This document shows, in pieces, positions 60,666 to 64,000 of a DNA stretch of 64,000 nucleotides. Location of the stretch: assembly GCA_963707025.1 (NCBI GenBank), contig CAVPOM010000003.1, forward strand, positions 291,750-355,749. The letters are read 5' to 3'. Source of the stretch: an uncultured Verrucomicrobiae bacterium (lineage in GTDB: Bacteria; Verrucomicrobiota; Verrucomicrobiia; Limisphaerales; Palsa-1400). Positions within the stretch are counted from its first letter, which is position 1. Every line of letters begins with the position of its first letter. Below the pieces are notes generated by a model that did not search any database, was not told the origin of the DNA, and saw only the letters and a program-made list of their open reading frames with translations. A program made the translations under genes and the position numbers.

Positions 60666-61780
60666 GGCATGAGGTCAACGGTTTGAACGCGCAGAATCGG
60701 CGTTTTTGGCCAGCGCCGATCCAGCCACTCCGGGCCGGTCACCGCCGCCCGGGTGCCGGTGTATTTCTTGAAGTTCTTGTCCTTGGGATCGGGCTGGAGA
60801 TATTCGGTGAGCGCCCCGGAACGGATGTCGCGCAATTCATAATCGGCCGGCGCCTGAACGTTGAGCGTCTTGCGAATGTAGCCTTCGCGCGTCGCGAGGC
60901 GCGGCTTCATGTCAAGACTGGCAATTTCCGGGGCGGCGGCGGCCGGCGCGGCCGCGGGTGCGGCCGGGGCGGGGACGGCGGCGGGCGGCGCGGGCGCGGG
61001 CGCGGCGGCCGGGGTGGTGGCCACGGGTTCGGGCGCGACAATGGGCGGCGCAGTCGCCGTGGCCGGAGTGGCATTGTTGGATTCAGGGGTCGAATTGGTG
61101 GCGGGCGGCGGCACCGGCTCCGTCGTGACCGCGGCGGCAGCCACGGGCGCGTTGGTGGCCGGGGCGGCGGCGGCCGGGGCGGCGGCCGGTTCAGCCGCCG
61201 CCACCGCCGCGGGCGGAGGAGCGGCCGGCGGCGCCATCGTCAGATAATCGGAGGCGATCCATCCGCAGGCATTGGTGGGCGGTTCGATTTGAATCCAGTC
61301 TGCAGTCCGGCGCACTTGCTTGACAGGGGCGCCTTGTTCCAAGCGGGCGACGACATCATGGAGATCGTCGGCCCTGGCCCGCACGTTGATGCGCCGGGCG
61401 GAAACGGTCATGGAATTGGTGTCAATATAATTGGCAAAGACCCAGACGGCGGTGTTGGCGGGCAGGAGGATGCGCGCCCAATTGGTCGGTTCATTGGGCT
61501 TGGGCTTGGCCAGGGTGATTTGTTCCAGGACGGTGAGCGGCTGGCCTTTTTTCACAAGGATGAGGACATCGCTGGTGAAGGCAGGCTGGGAGCGCACGTT
61601 GAGCGACTCTCCATTGACGACGGCGAGGACAGGCGGATCCAAAAGGACGTCTTTGGCCAGCGCGGCGGTGAGACTGCGCGAGAGGGCGGGGGGCTTGGCC
61701 TCCCGGGCCGCATCTTGCGCCAGAACAGAGGCGGCGGCCAGCCAGGCCAGCCCGCCCAAAAGCCAGGAATTCGATTTCAT
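60662..61780 (-). CDS. Exported SH3-domain protein with Pro/Ala-rich linker
   Basis: Signal peptide; two LNVR/INVR...W SH3b repeats. Confidence 0.85.
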   Translation of the reverse strand: MKSNSWLLGGLAWLAAASVLAQDAAREAKPPALSRSLTAALAKDVLLDPPVLAVVNGESLNVRSQPAFTSDVLILVKKGQPLTVLEQITLAKPKPNEPTNWARILLPANTAVWVFANYIDTNSMTVSARRINVRARADDLHDVVARLEQGAPVKQVRRTADWIQIEPPTNACGWIASDYLTMAPPAAPPPAAVAAAEPAAAPAAAAPATNAPVAAAAVTTEPVPPPATNSTPESNNATPATATAPPIVAPEPVATTPAAAPAPAPPAAVPAPAAPAAAPAAAAPEIASLDMKPRLATREGYIRKTLNVQAPADYELRDIRSGALTEYLQPDPKDKNFKKYTGTRAAVTGPEWLDRRWPKTPILRVQTVDLMP

Positions 61781-62487
61781 AAGATTTGAAGTAGAGATTG
61801 GATCTCCGGTTCTGTCAACGCCCGCCATTTGCCGGCGGGCAACTCGCCCAGTTTGATTGGCCCGATCCGCACCCGTTGCAAGCGCTGCACGGTCAGGTTT
61901 TCCGCCTCGAAGAGACGCCGCACCTGGCGGTTTTTTCCCTCGGCCAATTCCACTTCCACCGTGCTGCTGGTATTATTGGCTGAGATGAGCCGCGCGCGCC
62001 CGGCCTGCAATTTTTCACCCCCGCTCACCAGGCCGTGGGTGAACTTGCGCAAAGTTTCCGGCTTGACCCGGCCTTGGATCCTGGCCAGATAAGTCTTGGT
62101 CATGCCATAGCGGGGATGAGTTAATTTCAAGCAAAAATCGCCGTCATTGGTCAAAAAAATCAGCCCTTCGCTGAGGTAATCCAGCCGTCCGACGGAAAAC
62201 AAATCGCTCCATTCCTTGGGGAGCAAATCGCCGATCCGTGGCCGGTCCTCATCCGCCGCGCGCGAGCAAATATACCCGCGCGGCTTGTGCAGCGCAATGT
62301 AGCGCCTGGCTTTGCGCCCCAGCACCCGGCCATCCACCGCCACCTCATCCCGGCCCGGCTCGACCTGCGCGCCCATTTCCCGGACCACCGCTCCGTTGAC
62401 CGCCACCCGGCCCGCGGCGATGATCCGTTCACTGGCCCGCCGTGAGGCGACGCCCGCCTGCGCCAAAATTTTTTGCAAACGAACCAC
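61777..62487 (-). CDS. RluB/RsuA-family pseudouridine synthase
   Basis: RLQKILAQAGVASRR (S4), VGRLD, EGKNRQVRR. Confidence 0.94.
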   Translation of the reverse strand: MVRLQKILAQAGVASRRASERIIAAGRVAVNGAVVREMGAQVEPGRDEVAVDGRVLGRKARRYIALHKPRGYICSRAADEDRPRIGDLLPKEWSDLFSVGRLDYLSEGLIFLTNDGDFCLKLTHPRYGMTKTYLARIQGRVKPETLRKFTHGLVSGGEKLQAGRARLISANNTSSTVEVELAEGKNRQVRRLFEAENLTVQRLQRVRIGPIKLGELPAGKWRALTEPEIQSLLQIL

Positions 62488-62591
62488 GGCTGGAATGGCG
62501 GATTGCGGCCGGCCAATGGCGGATGGAAAAACGGGGTTGCGGGGCGGCCAATCCACGGTCTCCCCCCCGCCACCCGCCTTCCGCCATGGGC

Positions 62592-62747
62592 TCACACTTC
62601 CGCCTTGGTTTTGCGCAGCCCGGTGACGCGATCTCCGGTCTTCCACTGGCCGCGTTTCTTGAGAATCTCGACGCGTTCAAACCGTTTCAAGACATTGCGC
62701 TTGGCCCCGGAGGTGGTGGCGGCGCGCAGACTTCGATGCTGTGACAT
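62592..62747 (-). CDS. PVC-superphylum small basic protein (TIGR04137-like)
   Basis: Own translation MSQHRSLRAATTSGAKRNVLKRFERVEILKKRGQWKTGDRVTGLRKTKAEV (51 aa, below the ORF-track cutoff). Confidence 0.88.
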   Translation of the reverse strand: MSQHRSLRAATTSGAKRNVLKRFERVEILKKRGQWKTGDRVTGLRKTKAEV

Positions 62748-62901
62748 AATTTTAAAAAATGCTTTTTCCGTCCTGTGCGGGATCGGCCTGTTTTTCTACC
62801 ATGTCCGCCCCCCAAAGCAAAGCGTTTTCTTCTTTTGCGTCCCGCCCAAATCTTCTGGACAACGGGGAGGGCGCCGGATAAATTCGGGAAAAACAGTGGT
62901 T

Positions 62902-63406
62902 ATGTCACCCAAACTCGCCGCCGCCCTCAATAGACAGGCCAGACAGGAATTGCAGGCCGCGCAAGCTTATCTGGCGATGGCCTATTGGTGCGAGGTTCAC
63001 CACGCCGGCGGCTTCGCCAAATTCTTTCATGGACAAGTGTTCTGAGGAACAAGGCCACGCCGCCAAAATTCTCAAGCACTTGGCCGACCGCGAGGTGGTT
63101 CCGGCCATCGGCGCTCTGGAGGCTCCGAAGGTGTCCTTCAAGCATCTCACCGACGTGGCCCAGGCGGCTTACGACTTGGAGCGGGCCAACACCGCCGGCA
63201 TCCACGCCGCCTATGAAACGGCGCTGGCCGAGAAGGATTATCCCGCCCAGGTTCTGCTCCACTGGTTCATCAGCGAACAGGTGGAGGAGGAAGCCTGGTC
63301 GGACAAACTGCTCGCGAAAACCCGCGAGGCCACCTGCGCCGGAGCGCTGCTGAACCTGGACCGGCACTTGTCCAAAATTCTCTCCGGCGAATCTGCGGAC
63401 GACTAG
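62902..63406 (+). CDS. Ferritin, one frameshift near 63038
   Basis: LNRQ..EL.A...YLAMA, GFAKFF, EEQGHA, LHWFISEQVEEE. Confidence 0.9.
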
Positions 63407-63729
63407 GAGATTCTCCGCCGGGCCAACGGTCTGCCCATCGCAGGATGCCATTGGGCAGGCCGGAGGGCCATGGCACTGAAAACCGCTCCTCAGTCTGGCG
63501 CGGTTTCCACCGGGTTGGTCCTGAGCCGGACGGACCGTTTCTGCCGCCCCCGATTTCCCCGCGCGCCACAGGGGACCGCGCCCCGAGGCTGGCCCTCCGC
63601 CCCCAGGCCTTTTATGACGGTGACGCCGCCCAGAGGCCGGGCCGGCATGCAAATGCGGGACGCCCGATCTGGCGTCTTCCTGCTTGCTCCGGTGAAAGCG
63701 GTTCCGCTAAGGTGTCGCCAGGCTTGGGA

Positions 63730-63769
63730 GCCGATGTGGCGGAATTGGCAGACGCGCCAGACTCAAAAT
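63730..63769 (+). tRNA. 5' half of tRNA-Leu(CAA), interrupted just after the anticodon loop
   Basis: GCCGATGTGGCGGAATTGGCAGACGCGCCAGACTCAAAAT; the expected CTGG, variable arm and T arm are absent. Confidence 0.85.
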
Positions 63770-63888
63770 TCGATTTTTCCATGTTTTAAGGTGGTTCAAC
63801 CTTTTTCATCAAGTTGCACAAAACCCTTGATTTTATTGGGGAAAATGCACTTTTTTCCAAACTGCCGGGGAGCTTCGAGAAAACCATG

Positions 63889-63912
63889 AAAGTGGCACAA
63901 AAAGTGGCACAA
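63889..63912 (+). repeat. Tandem 12-bp repeat, candidate integrase arm-binding sites
   Basis: AAAGTGGCACAA x2 in AT-rich DNA after the broken tRNA. Confidence 0.6.
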
Positions 63913-64000
63913 ACTTCAGGGATCAAAATTCCTTCGGATTACTTGATTGTGAGGCAAGGCAGTCCTCCGCAATAGCCCTCATTTCTGAGCTATAAAGTAT

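Noticed and set aside
60909..61240. GC-rich low-complexity repeat region
   Set aside because: Explained by the Pro/Ala linker of the SH3-domain protein
63730..64000. Group I intron in tRNA-Leu
   Set aside because: No recognisable P7/conserved core in the visible sequence and att-like repeats are present; not fully excluded because the window ends

Overview
High-GC bacterial chromosome segment, very probably Verrucomicrobiota: it carries the PVC-superphylum small basic signature protein at 62592-62747. Most of it is housekeeping and transport genes (ubiX/ubiA-like, uppP, trmB, mpg, lipA, proS, ogt, alaS, eno, pilM and minor pilins, addA, pstSCAB-phoU-sixA, kdpDE, folD, a pseudouridine synthase, ferritin). 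Accessory content includes an IS3, one full and one partial IS630 copy, two toxin-antitoxin pairs, and a two-component/RND efflux block beside an rtcB remnant. A tRNA-Leu(CAA) is cut after the anticodon loop at a probable integrative-element junction at the right edge. The most striking observation is in alaS: a REP-associated tyrosine transposase (RAYT, HUH/Y1) domain of about 150 aa, with its catalytic motifs intact, sits in frame inside the alanyl-tRNA synthetase. It is bracketed by translated REP palindromes whose family members also occur between genes elsewhere in the window. Several further REP-like and 6-9-mer tandem-repeat families are scattered through the window. Scattered single-base frameshifts, dense in the RND gene, may be sequencing errors. 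All calls come from reading the sequence and recognising motifs; no database searches were run.
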